A DNA stretch of 64,000 bases, from positions 320,402-384,401 of the forward strand of contig CAVQQI010000010.1 of NCBI GenBank assembly GCA_963714875.1, read 5' to 3'. The DNA is from an uncultured Microthrixaceae bacterium (lineage in GTDB: Bacteria > Actinomycetota > Acidimicrobiia > Acidimicrobiales > Microtrichaceae). A program made the position numbers and the translations under genes. The notes under the pieces were generated by a model, which had not been told where the DNA came from, searched no databases, and worked only from the letters and a program-made list of their open reading frames with translations. The first letter of the stretch is position 1. Each line of letters starts with the position of its first letter. Below are positions 42,079 through 51,494 of the stretch, one piece after another.

Positions 42079-42677
42079 TGCCCGGTCTCCGTGCGCACCC
42101 GCAGGACACACCGGTCCCCACCCTCGAGCGCGCACTGCGTCTGCACGACCTCGGCGGTGGTGGCGAAGCTCGCCGCCGCACCCTGGACGAGCCCCTCTGC
42201 CAGGTGGCAGAGCCCTCGATCGGAGCGGTAGACGAGCTCCCAGCATCCGGGGCCGAGATCGGTCACCGAGAACTCGGGCGGGGCTGCGTCGGCGTACAGC
42301 TTGTGCACCTCCGGGTGGATCACGTCCTCGAGCTGGTGCAGCAACGCCCCCAGGTCGGCGATGCCGGCCACCAGGGACGGTTGACGTCGGACCAGGGGCT
42401 CGTAGCCGTGGCGCCCGACGTGCCGGAGCACCTCGGCGGGGTCGAGGCCGCTCGCCGCGGCGATCGCGTCGACGATGGCGTCCAGCTCTGCGTGGGGGTA
42501 GTCACCGAGGGAGGTGTAGATGCCCTCGACGCACGCATGGTGGAGCGCGGCGTCCCACGCAGCAGCCCCGAGGGTCTGGTCGACCACGTCCTCGGTGACG
42601 TTGAACAGCACGCCTTTCACGTCCACGCTCCTCGCAACCGGCCCGATCCGCGCGTCTGCGCCCGACCGGGCCGCCAT
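42069..42677 (-). CDS. H-NOX (haem nitric oxide/oxygen-binding) domain protein
   Basis: KGVLFNVTEDVV... N-terminus. Proximal-His region LEDVIHPEVHKLY...AAPP. Invariant Y-x-S-x-R reads WELVYRSDRGLCHLAEGLVQGAA. AAGGAG RBS 7 nt upstream of ATG 42677. 203 aa. Confidence 0.85.
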   Translation of the reverse strand: MAARSGADARIGPVARSVDVKGVLFNVTEDVVDQTLGAAAWDAALHHACVEGIYTSLGDYPHAELDAIVDAIAAASGLDPAEVLRHVGRHGYEPLVRRQPSLVAGIADLGALLHQLEDVIHPEVHKLYADAAPPEFSVTDLGPGCWELVYRSDRGLCHLAEGLVQGAAASFATTAEVVQTQCALEGGDRCVLRVRTETGHDV

Positions 42678-42723
42678 CTCCTTGCATCGGCTCGTACCGG
42701 GGCGACTTGAGCAACCCGCTGCA

Positions 42724-43818
42724 TCAGGGGGCACACGGCGGTGCACCAGCGCGCGACGACGGGGTCGCAGGGGCGGGCGCCTCGACGGGCGAGAGCAGCA
42801 CCCAGGCCGAGCCGACCCGGCCAGCCATCTCGGGTGGCAGCTGGTCGACCGGCACGGCGAAGGACCCCGGGGCCCAGCCCACCGTGAGGTTCGGTACGGG
42901 CTGTGCTGTCGGTGCAGGCGGCGCGTGGTGGGCGCACGGGGTGGGTGTCGGGACCTGCACGACGATGACCTGCGGCGGCGCGGCTCCGGCGGTGTGGGGG
43001 ACCGGCGGCGGGACCTGGACGAACGGTGGCGGGGTCGACCGGGGCGGCGGCGGATCCCCGGGGGTCGCCTCGGCGGGCACGTCGACCGGCACATCGACGG
43101 ACGGCGCTGCGTCGCGGGATGGCGCTGTGTGGTCGGACGGCGCTGTGGGGTGGGGTGGAGCGCTCCGGGCCGGGCCGGGGGCGGCCGCCGCGAGCCGGGC
43201 CGCACGTCGGTCGAGCAGGGTCTGACCGACGTAGATCGAACCCGGAACCAGGATCAGCAGCAGGGTGCCGAGCCCGGTCGACAGGAAGACCATGGTGCGA
43301 CCGACCTTCGGGATCGAGAACCAGCGGGTCCCGAGGACGTCGCGGGCCTTGGTGGTGAACGGGTCCTCGGTGTCGTTCGCGTCGCCCTTCGTCGAGAACG
43401 TGTCGCCGTTGTCGCTGACCTTCGTCACCCGGTGCGTGACCAGCGTGTTGTCCGCCGAGGGCACCCGGAAGGTGATCACGTCACCCCTCCTCACGGTCCG
43501 GGGGTCGACGTCGCGGCTGATGAGCAGGTCGCCGGGCTCCATCGAGGGGGCCATCGAGCCGGTGCGGATCGCGAGGAGCTCTCCGCCGGAGAACCGCAGG
43601 ACGGTCATCGCCACGAAGACCACCAGGGCGAGGCTCATCACCAGCGTGAGCAGCAGGCCGCCGACGCGGCTGAGCCGGCGTCGCGCCGAGCGGTGCCCGG
43701 CAGAGGGGAGCGGCGACGGCGGCGGGGTGCGGTCCCGGGCGAGGTGGTCGCGGGAGTGGTGATCAGCTCTGGGACGACGGACATGGCGGGCAGCTCCTGG
43801 TTCGGTCCGGGCCGGCAC
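42724..43818 (-). CDS. sipW: SipW-type (S26B, ER/archaeal-type) signal peptidase I with Pro-rich C-terminal extension
   Basis: TM helix, then LAIRTGSMAPSMEPGDLLISRDV (catalytic Ser box) and DVITFRV...LVTHRV (His box). Long PxP-rich tail. Confidence 0.8.
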   Translation of the reverse strand: MPARTEPGAARHVRRPRADHHSRDHLARDRTPPPSPLPSAGHRSARRRLSRVGGLLLTLVMSLALVVFVAMTVLRFSGGELLAIRTGSMAPSMEPGDLLISRDVDPRTVRRGDVITFRVPSADNTLVTHRVTKVSDNGDTFSTKGDANDTEDPFTTKARDVLGTRWFSIPKVGRTMVFLSTGLGTLLLILVPGSIYVGQTLLDRRAARLAAAAPGPARSAPPHPTAPSDHTAPSRDAAPSVDVPVDVPAEATPGDPPPPRSTPPPFVQVPPPVPHTAGAAPPQVIVVQVPTPTPCAHHAPPAPTAQPVPNLTVGWAPGSFAVPVDQLPPEMAGRVGSAWVLLSPVEAPAPATPSSRAGAPPCAP

Positions 43819-43966
43819 GTCGGCGGCACGTCGGCGGTGCGACAGCGGTGCGGTGGATCAGCGGTGGGTGTGGCGGGAACCGGGGCGATCAGGGACGCCT
43901 GATCAACGTGGTGGGCCCGGTGGGGCGGACGAGCCGCCCCACCGGGCCTGGGTGTGTGCTGGGAGC

Positions 43967-44545
43967 TCAGTTGCCGGCGTTGTCGCCGTTGTCGATCTCC
44001 TGGCCGGCCAGCTGCGAGGCGTCGACCTGGAAGTCGAACCCGACGCTGGCGCCCTGGTACTTGTTGTCGATCTCCGGCGCGTTCTCGGGCCAGCTGATCG
44101 CCACTTCGTAGGCGGTCGCCTCACCCGATTCGAGTCCGGCGGCGATGGGCTCCAGCTCGGACAGCTTCGAGCCCTTGGCCAGCTCCTTGCCGTCCTGGGA
44201 GACCGTGACCACGAGCACGTCGTCGAGGGCGCCGTCGACGTTGATCGCGTCGAGGGCGAAGTCCTCGGTGAGGGAGCCGGTGTTGATGACCTGGACCTTC
44301 TGGGTCGTGGTGTCACCGGGCTTCATGTTGCCGACCTCGAAGTACCGGGCATCCTGCCCGAACGCGACGTCGAGGGTGCCGGAGGAGATCTCGTTGTCGG
44401 TGTTCGCGTCCTGGGCGGTGAACCCTGCCAGGGTGGCGACGCCGGGTGCGGCGGCGACCAGGCCGGTCAGGACCAGGCCGACGGCGAGGCCGCGACGGTG
44501 GCGCCTGCGTGCCGGTGCGGGGGTGGTGTCGAGGGTGGTGTCCAT
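43967..44545 (-). CDS. TasA/CalY/camelysin (peptidase M73)-family secreted protein with SipW-cognate signal peptide
   Basis: LAVGLVLTGLVAAAPGVATLAGFTAQDANTDNEISSGTLDV aligns with the TasA N-terminus AAFND...ASGTLDL. NMKPGDTTTQKVQVINTGSL matches NLKPGDKLTKDFQFENNGSL. NKYQGASVGFDFQVDASQ matches NKYQGNSIKLQFSFEATQ. Confidence 0.8.
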   Translation of the reverse strand: MDTTLDTTPAPARRRHRRGLAVGLVLTGLVAAAPGVATLAGFTAQDANTDNEISSGTLDVAFGQDARYFEVGNMKPGDTTTQKVQVINTGSLTEDFALDAINVDGALDDVLVVTVSQDGKELAKGSKLSELEPIAAGLESGEATAYEVAISWPENAPEIDNKYQGASVGFDFQVDASQLAGQEIDNGDNAGN

Positions 44546-45085
44546 TGCTCTTGCTCTCCTTGGGTTGGTCCGGTGGTTCCGGATCGCAGCGGCGTTCGCC
44601 GGCGCAGGAATCACTGTCGGGGACCCACCTCAAGACCACAGGAGGTCGAACCTCAAGATCTGCTCAAGTCCTCGGTACGGGTCCCGGTCCGGTCCGGTTC
44701 CGGTGCGGGCCCCCCGCCCGAGAGCGCACTGGCGACAGCGGCCTGGCGTGGGGACGGACACCATGTCGGGTCCGTCCGGAACCCGCACGCTGTTGGAGAT
44801 CGACCGGGCCAACCCCGACTGGAGCCTCCAGAGCGGACCGGTCTGGTCAGCCGACTTCGCCTGGGTCATGACCTGGGACGGGCGCCTGCTGCTCACCACC
44901 GACGGCAAGGAGCCCAGCGACACGCGTCCTGGCCGAGGGAGCATCGTGGTCGCCGTACGGCGAGGAGGTCCCGAACTTCTCGATCCTGGGCGACGACGTC
45001 GAACTCGGCTGAATCTGCGCCGTTCAGGAACTCGATCTCCCGAGCAGCACACGCAGCGTCGGACGTGGGATCGAAGGAGCGCTGG

Positions 45086-45130
45086 CAGAGCCCGAGAGGA
45101 GAATCGAACTCCTGACCTGCTGTTTACAAG
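45086..45130. repeat. attL/attR-type direct repeat: 45-bp exact copy of the 3' half of tRNA-Thr (identical to 62936-62980)
   Basis: Exact 45/45 identity (cagagcccgagaggagaatcgaactcctgacctgctgtttacaag). Flanking sequence diverges immediately on both sides. Confidence 0.8.
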
Positions 45131-45337
45131 TCGTGGGTCGAGTGTCCACCGAGTGCCGTTCAGGCCCGCCAGGTCGCGGAATCTGCGTCGACGTCTCACG
45201 TGATTCAACCGCTGATATCCGTGGTCGTCCAGAGATTCGTGAGACAAACCGTGAGACGCGATGCCTACGAGGTGGCGGACTACTCGAGGTCTCCAGCCGG
45301 GAACGGTGAGACTGGGTTCGGGTGGCCCCAGGACGCG

Positions 45338-46321
45338 ATGATGGACGCTGTGGAGGACTTCGTCGTCGCCCGGAATCCGGATGGGGATTCGGGGTTGCCG
45401 TATCTGGTTCGGCTGCCGTTGGGCGCTCACGGTGTGGTGCTGAAGGTGCGCGACACGTGGCCGCGCACCGCGAAGGTGTACTGCCACCCGTCGCAGGACT
45501 GGGACGACTCGGTCGAGGTGGTGGAGCGGGTGCCGGTGCGCTCGTGTGTGCGTCGCGGCGCGGCGATCGACCTGGTGCTGGACCGAGGCCGGGAGAACCG
45601 GTCGCAGTTCGTCTTCACCCGGGCTCGTGGTCGCGAGGTGATCTTCTGGCAGAGCGCTCGTACTGCGAAGCAGGCCCGGCCCGCAGTGAGCACGCCGACA
45701 CGACGCGCGTCCGGGTTGGTGCTCGACATCCTGGTCGACAGCCACGAGCGGTATCCGTGGAAGTTCAGCGCGCAGCAGGCAACGACCCGTCGGCAGGCGT
45801 TGCCGGCAGGTGACTACGCGGTCGAGCATCGACGGTCGGCGTCGTCGCCGCGGTCGAGCGCAAGAGCTTGGCGGACCTGTCCTCGACGTTGACGACCGGC
45901 AAGCTGCGCTACCTGCTCGCAGCGCTCGACGAACTGCCTCGTGCCGCGCTGGTGGTCGAGGACCGCTACTCGGCGGTGTTCAAGTCGACGTTCGTCGTCA
46001 CCGGGTGTGCTGGTCGAAGGTCTGGCCGAGGCGCAGGTCCGGTTCCCTGCGGTGCCGATCGTGTTCTGCGAGACGCGACCGTTGGCACAGGAGTGGACCT
46101 ATCGGTTCCTCGGCGCCGCGCTGGCGCATCACGCCGAGGACGCGCCGGCCGCCGAGCGTGCCGCGGAACTCCCGGCGGCTGGTCCGTTGGCGCCAGCGGA
46201 GCCGACCGCTGCGGAGATCCGTGCCTGGGCGAACGCCAACGGCCACCCGGTCTCCGCGAAGGGGCGCATCCCGGCGTCGGTGCGAGCGGCGTTCGACGCG
46301 TCGCGACGACGGCCGGGCTAG
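45338..46321 (+). CDS. ERCC4/XPF-like nuclease-fold protein fused to a C-terminal Lsr2-like DNA-binding domain (frame-interrupted)
   Basis: GDYAV...ERKSLADLSSTLTTGKLRYLLAALDELPRAALVVED gives an ERK-type nuclease motif. C-terminus PTAAEIRAWANANGHPVSAKGRIPASVRAAFDA resembles the Lsr2 C-terminal domain. Split over frames 45200, 45868 and 45941. Confidence 0.5.
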
Positions 46322-47166
46322 CGGCCGAGCTGGTCGAGGAGAAGGCGACCTGCGGTGGAGATCTCGACGGGCTCGAGGCGGCCTTGGACGGCGCTTGCGG
46401 CATTCGCCAGACGTGCGGTGCGCAGCGCGTCGTCGATGAACCAGCGCTCGACCCCTGCAGCGACGAGCGAGGCGAGATCGAACGGCGCGGACTGGAGCGC
46501 TCGGACTGACTCGTCGGAGCGAATCAGGTCGCCGGTGAGGCGGACGAGGTCGAGTGCGTCGCTCTCGCGCTTCGACAGCGACGGTCCCTTCCGGTCCGCG
46601 ATGGCGTGCAGCTTGCACGCGACCAGCGCAGGCACTGTCGCGACGGACAGTGTGCCCGTCTCGAGGACGGCGCCGTCGGGCGACACCGCATCGATCTCTA
46701 CGGGAGTCGCGCTGTCCAACGCCCATCGGTGGCCGACGACGAACAGCCGGTCGAGATCGGCATCAGGCAGGTCATCGCTGTGGTCAGGTAGCGGCCAGGT
46801 CGCCATGACGTCGACCTTCACGCCGTCGACCACGATTCGGTTCTGATCTGCTGCCTCTCCGTCCCCCAAGTACTGCAGCGCCAGGTCCCGAGGGCCTTCA
46901 CCTTCGGCAACCGTGTCAACGTCGTTCGTCGCTCGGTGCACGGTGGCGAGCCGGACGGTGACTGCCAGGCCGCCGACCAGCGCTGCCGGGTGAAATCGTG
47001 GCGTCTCGAACAGCGTCGTGGCCGTGCGGATCAGTCGGCTGATCGCGCCGTCGCCGGAGTCGATCAGTGCGACGTCACCAGACACGAACGAACCCCTTCG
47101 GCGGCTCCCACTGATCGAGCACTTCGCGCCCACGGGACGTGGCTGCGAGACCGAGCGCGCAGGCAA
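46318..47166 (-). CDS. AbiEii/AbiGii-type nucleotidyltransferase toxin (DUF1814-like)
   Basis: N-terminal ALVGGLAVTVRLATVHRATNDVDTV matches the GGtA...R.T.D(I/V)D NTase signature. Start uncertain because of an overlap with the upstream ORF. Confidence 0.55.
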   Translation of the reverse strand: MPARSVSQPRPVGAKCSISGSRRRGSFVSGDVALIDSGDGAISRLIRTATTLFETPRFHPAALVGGLAVTVRLATVHRATNDVDTVAEGEGPRDLALQYLGDGEAADQNRIVVDGVKVDVMATWPLPDHSDDLPDADLDRLFVVGHRWALDSATPVEIDAVSPDGAVLETGTLSVATVPALVACKLHAIADRKGPSLSKRESDALDLVRLTGDLIRSDESVRALQSAPFDLASLVAAGVERWFIDDALRTARLANAASAVQGRLEPVEISTAGRLLLDQLGR

Positions 47167-48136
47167 CCGGATGTGCGAGCGGCGCCCCGGCCCTCCTGGC
47201 GGGATAGCGGTCGTGGGTCAGCAGCCCCACCGGGTCGACCGCGAGCTCGATCGATGGCCGGGACTCGTCGGACGCCACCTCGCCGCCGACGATCTTGGCG
47301 CGACGGAGCGACTCGTCGTCGGGCACGAAGAGCAGCGTCGGGTAGTCGCCGGTCAGCACCAGCGGCGCACCCCAGGCCACGGCGCCACGTTCGCCAGCGA
47401 TCGCCCAACCCGCAGCGCTCAGGTCGTCGATGTTCGCTCCCAGACGCGGGTCCTTCAGGTCAGCGATCGACAACCGAGCCGACGTACTCCCAGCGGCCCA
47501 GACATCGGCGACGGCCCAGAACAGCTCAGGGGTCAGCGGACGGTATCTGCCCCGACCCACGCGTTCAGCGAGCTGCGCGTCACCCAGAGCCGACATCGCC
47601 CGGCTCACCGAACTGACGTCGAGCCCGGCGAGACGAGCGATCGCCGTGAGGGTCATCGGATCGTCGGGTCGCGTGAGGAGTCCCATGGCAGCGCTCAGGC
47701 CGGAGCGGCCGGCGATCGCCGTCGTGCTCGACCGGTCTGGGTCGAATCGGCTGGCAGGGGCGATGTCGGTATCGATGAAGAGGCCGTCAGCGACGAGCCG
47801 AAGGTGACCTCGGCGGTCGAGCCAACCGATGCCAGCGTCGTTGAGGATCGGCCGCAGCGACGCAGGTACCTGGTCCGCCACGACCATGTGGAACGTCCCG
47901 AGCTTGCGGTGGCCGACCTTGAATTTGGGCATGGCACCGGACAAGACCGACGCCGCGGTGACCTCGATCTCGGTCGGCGGGCGGGAGGGGCGCTCGACGA
48001 TCACGACGTCCGGTTGGTCAGGCTGGCGAACCGTGAGCCCGAGCGAGGTCGCTGCGTCCATGAACGTCTGGACTGCGTCTCGTTGGAGTTCAGCCTGCGA
48101 GGTGCGACTTCTCATGCGTCTTGAATTATAACGCAA
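47075..48136 (-). CDS. AbiEi-like antitoxin/transcriptional regulator (winged HTH) with N-terminal extension
   Basis: Central wHTH MTLTAIARLAGLDVSSVSRAMSALGDAQLAERVGRGRYR followed by an AbiEi-like C-terminal domain. Lies immediately upstream of the AbiEii-like gene and overlaps it. Confidence 0.45.
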   Translation of the reverse strand: MRYNSRRMRSRTSQAELQRDAVQTFMDAATSLGLTVRQPDQPDVVIVERPSRPPTEIEVTAASVLSGAMPKFKVGHRKLGTFHMVVADQVPASLRPILNDAGIGWLDRRGHLRLVADGLFIDTDIAPASRFDPDRSSTTAIAGRSGLSAAMGLLTRPDDPMTLTAIARLAGLDVSSVSRAMSALGDAQLAERVGRGRYRPLTPELFWAVADVWAAGSTSARLSIADLKDPRLGANIDDLSAAGWAIAGERGAVAWGAPLVLTGDYPTLLFVPDDESLRRAKIVGGEVASDESRPSIELAVDPVGLLTHDRYPARRAGAPLAHPVACALGLAATSRGREVLDQWEPPKGFVRVW

Positions 48137-48260
48137 GACACAAGATCTATCCGTTCTAGCCGATCACGTGCTCGCGAGACGGTCGAGGATCTCTCGGTCT
48201 TCGGCGATCACTTCGAGCAGGTTGCCTGCTCCGATAGGGCGCTGCGTCGAACCGCGGTCG

Positions 48261-49523
48261 TCAGGCGTGGGGCGTCGGGAGTTCCGCCTTGCGCGACTTC
48301 AGCTGTGCCACCACCGCGGCGGTGAGCAGGTGCGCGGTGACGACGGCGATCGCGATCGGGGCGGCGGTGAGGGGGCCGAGGCCGATGGACAGCACGGCGA
48401 TGAAGGTCAGGCCGATCGGGGCCTTGATGGTTGCTCCCGGCACGGCGGCCAGCATGGCGCCGACGGCGATGGCGTAGGGGATGTCAGGGATCGCGAGGTG
48501 GATCATCACGCCGGCCGTTCCACCCACGAACAGCATCGGGAGGACGTTGCCGCCGATGAACCCTGTCGCCAGGCTGAGCGCCATCGCCACCATCTTCCCG
48601 ACGACGACCGCGGCGAGCATCCAGAGGCTGATCGACGCGGAGTTGTCGATCACGGTGGTGAGCTGGTCGTTGCCGGCACCGACGGTGAGGGGAAGTGCGA
48701 CGGCGATGAGGCCGACCAGCGCTCCGCCAACCACGCCGCGCACGAGCTGGTTCGGCACCTTGTCGGCCGCCGCTTGGACCAGCTTGACGATGACGACGAA
48801 CGCGATCATGAGCACGCTCGCGGTGATGCCGAGGCCGACGCCCATGAGGAGCTGTGTGACGCGGAACTCCTCGACGGGGATCGCGAAGCTGTTGAGGAAC
48901 GTCGTGCCGACGACTCCGAAGAACACGGCGAAGGCCACGGTCGCGGCGATGAGCTGGGCCAGGATCCCTTCCATGTAGCGCTGCTTGGGAATCGGGGCGA
49001 GCTCGCTGACGATCAGGGTGCCCAGGCCCGGAGAGGTGAACGCTCCGCCGAAGCCGCCGGAGATGCCTGCCATCGTCGCGTCGAGGCGTGCCGACTCGTT
49101 GCCGGGCCACCATCGGGACGCGATCCACGAGCCGAGGCCTCCGCCCATCATGATCAGGGCGAACGACGGGCCGAGGCTGGCTCCGGCGACCGCCGAGACC
49201 GCCGCCAATCCCACCCACGATGCTGCGACCCGATGGTCGACCTCGCCGGACTCGATGACGGCGACACCCCCGGGGACGTGCTCGGGGACCTTCCACCAGC
49301 CGCGCAGCGCGGTGACGATGAGGCCTCCGGCCGCGGTGACGGCGATCCACCACCAGTCACCGGACCATGCGTCGATCCGGGGGTCGCCGAAGACCAGGTC
49401 GGTCACCTTGCCCGTGGCTCCGAGATAGGCGAGGCCGAGCAGCCCGACGATGAGGCCCATGACGCCCGAGGCCACCAGCAGCTGCCGGTACCACGGCGTG
49501 TCGATCGGTATCGGCGTCGCCAT
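48261..49523 (-). CDS. ClC-type voltage-gated chloride channel / H+-Cl- antiporter family protein
   Basis: ~10 TM helices with GASLGPSFA and GGxxGxxxP segments typical of ClC selectivity regions. RBS-like gaggggaca precedes ATG 49523. Confidence 0.6.
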   Translation of the reverse strand: MATPIPIDTPWYRQLLVASGVMGLIVGLLGLAYLGATGKVTDLVFGDPRIDAWSGDWWWIAVTAAGGLIVTALRGWWKVPEHVPGGVAVIESGEVDHRVAASWVGLAAVSAVAGASLGPSFALIMMGGGLGSWIASRWWPGNESARLDATMAGISGGFGGAFTSPGLGTLIVSELAPIPKQRYMEGILAQLIAATVAFAVFFGVVGTTFLNSFAIPVEEFRVTQLLMGVGLGITASVLMIAFVVIVKLVQAAADKVPNQLVRGVVGGALVGLIAVALPLTVGAGNDQLTTVIDNSASISLWMLAAVVVGKMVAMALSLATGFIGGNVLPMLFVGGTAGVMIHLAIPDIPYAIAVGAMLAAVPGATIKAPIGLTFIAVLSIGLGPLTAAPIAIAVVTAHLLTAAVVAQLKSRKAELPTPHA

Positions 49524-49548
49524 CGTCTGTCCCCTCAGTACCTGGTGA

Positions 49549-51297
49549 TCACTCGATCGGGCGGCGAGGATGCAGCGTTGCATGCCGTTGGACCGCGGCG
49601 TCGATGTTGTCATGGACGCGATCGCGGTCCACCAGTTCGAAGAACCCGTCGCGTTCCAGCACCTCGAGGACCTGCGACTTCACCCGCGCGAGGTGCAGGT
49701 CGATGTCGTGGTCGATGCCAGCCTGAGCGATCGCGATCAGGACGTCGGCCCCTTCGGCGTCGATGAAGTTGACACCCTCCATGCTCAGGATCACCCCGTC
49801 GATCCCGGTGGGCGTCTCGACACGGATCTGGCGCAGGCGGTCGGACAGCGCGTCGGCGTTGACGAAGAAGAGGCCGCCGTCGAAGCGCAGGATCTTCACT
49901 CCGGGGATCGTCTCGCAGTCGTCGTGCTGTTCCAGGTCGTAGAACGCGTCGGTTCCGGGCTTGCGTCCCAGCTCCGGGATGTAGGGCAGCGCCGAGACGG
50001 CGACGAGCCAGATGATGGAGATTCCGACGCCGATGAAGACGCCCTGGAGGATGCCGAACGTCATCACTCCCAGAAGGGCCGCCAGGGCGGCCGCGAACTC
50101 GTAGGGCTTGACGAGGATCAGGCGTTTCATCTCGCCCACGTTCATCATCCCCAGCGTCACTGCTTGGATGATGACCGCGCCGAGGACCGCCTCGGGCAGG
50201 TTGGAGAAGAGCGGGGCGAGGACGAGCAGGGTGAGGATGACGAATCCCGCCTGGGCGAGGCTCGATACCTGTGACCTGGCGCCTGCGCCGTCGTTGACGG
50301 GGCTCTTGGAGAGGCTGCCGTTGTTGAAGACCCCCTGAAAGACGCTCGACGCGACGTTGGACATGCCTTGCGCGAGCAGCTCCTGGTTCACGTCGACCCG
50401 ATAGTTGTGCTTGGTCGCGTACTGGCGCACACCCGCGGTCGTCACCGAGAACCCGATGAGGACCAGCCCGACGGCAGCCCCGATCACCGTCTCCCAGTTG
50501 TCGACGATGAGCTGGAGGTCGGGGATCGACGGCGTCGGGAATCCGCGTGGGACCTCTGCCACGAGCGCGACGCCGCTGTCACCTAGGCCCCACACAACGG
50601 TCACGGTGATGCCCACGACCACCGCGACGAGCTCGGCCGGAACCTTCGGTGCCAGGAACTTGAGGCTGAACAACAACACCAGGGCCGCCCCACCCAGCAG
50701 GACGGTGGTCCGATTCGCCTCGGGGAGACTCGCCCCCCAGTTCCACAGCTTCTGCCATGTGTTCGAGCCGGACTTCTCGGTTCCCGTGAGCTTGAACAGC
50801 TCGCCCGAGACCACGTTGATGGCGACGCCGAAGATGAATCCCGTGAGAACGGCCGCCGACAGGAACTCCGCGATCCACCCCATCTTGAGCACCGCCATGA
50901 CGACGTACAACAAGCCCGCCACCAGCACCACGGCGGCCGCGATCGCCACCGCATCCTCGGAACCCGCTGCTGCGATGGACAACACCGCCGCACCCAGCAC
51001 CGGGGCGGTCGACGAGCCCGGGGTCTGCACCAACTGCTTGGAGGTCGTGAACAGCGCGAACGCGATCATGCCGAACGCAGCGGCGTACAGGCCGTTCTGG
51101 ACGGGCACGCCGCTCAGCGACGCGTAGCCCAGCGACGTCGGGACCGTCAGCGCCCACACCGACAGCCCGGCGATCACGTCGTTCTTCAACCACGACCGCT
51201 GGTAGTTCGGCAACCAGACCAGGCTCGGGATGAACCGCCTGATCGAACCGGGCTGCTCCGGCGCTCGTGCGGTGCTGGGTGCGTCGTCGGGTGTCAT
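49549..51297 (-). CDS. SulP-family anion (sulfate/bicarbonate) transporter with C-terminal STAS domain
   Basis: WLPNYQRSWLKNDVIAGLSVWALTVPTSLGYASLSGVPVQNGLYAA signature region. STAS region: GVILSMEGVNFIDAEGADVL. Confidence 0.9.
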   Translation of the reverse strand: MTPDDAPSTARAPEQPGSIRRFIPSLVWLPNYQRSWLKNDVIAGLSVWALTVPTSLGYASLSGVPVQNGLYAAAFGMIAFALFTTSKQLVQTPGSSTAPVLGAAVLSIAAAGSEDAVAIAAAVVLVAGLLYVVMAVLKMGWIAEFLSAAVLTGFIFGVAINVVSGELFKLTGTEKSGSNTWQKLWNWGASLPEANRTTVLLGGAALVLLFSLKFLAPKVPAELVAVVVGITVTVVWGLGDSGVALVAEVPRGFPTPSIPDLQLIVDNWETVIGAAVGLVLIGFSVTTAGVRQYATKHNYRVDVNQELLAQGMSNVASSVFQGVFNNGSLSKSPVNDGAGARSQVSSLAQAGFVILTLLVLAPLFSNLPEAVLGAVIIQAVTLGMMNVGEMKRLILVKPYEFAAALAALLGVMTFGILQGVFIGVGISIIWLVAVSALPYIPELGRKPGTDAFYDLEQHDDCETIPGVKILRFDGGLFFVNADALSDRLRQIRVETPTGIDGVILSMEGVNFIDAEGADVLIAIAQAGIDHDIDLHLARVKSQVLEVLERDGFFELVDRDRVHDNIDAAVQRHATLHPRRPIE

Positions 51298-51494
51298 GGG
51301 TCGCTCCTCATCGGCCTGACTGCGAAGCGGCGATCATCTGGGGTGGGCGTCACGAGAACTCCTCGGCCTCGGCCCGGGTGTCGACGTCATGGCTCATCGA
51401 ATCCTCCGAAGTGATCGCAGCCGTCGCTCCGCACCCGCTGCAGCGTGGTGCCCGAACCGATCACGGGCCGGACACCACGTCAGCAGGTGATGTG

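Noticed and set aside
45087-45130. Possible second tRNA gene
   Set aside because: Only the 3' 42 nt of tRNA-Thr are present. There is no D-arm or 5' acceptor strand. It is an att-site remnant and not a tRNA.
44630-45829. 399-aa minus-strand ORF spanning the att repeat
   Set aside because: Crosses the tRNA-derived att site and the element boundary. Arg/Pro-rich. Antisense to the island's first gene.
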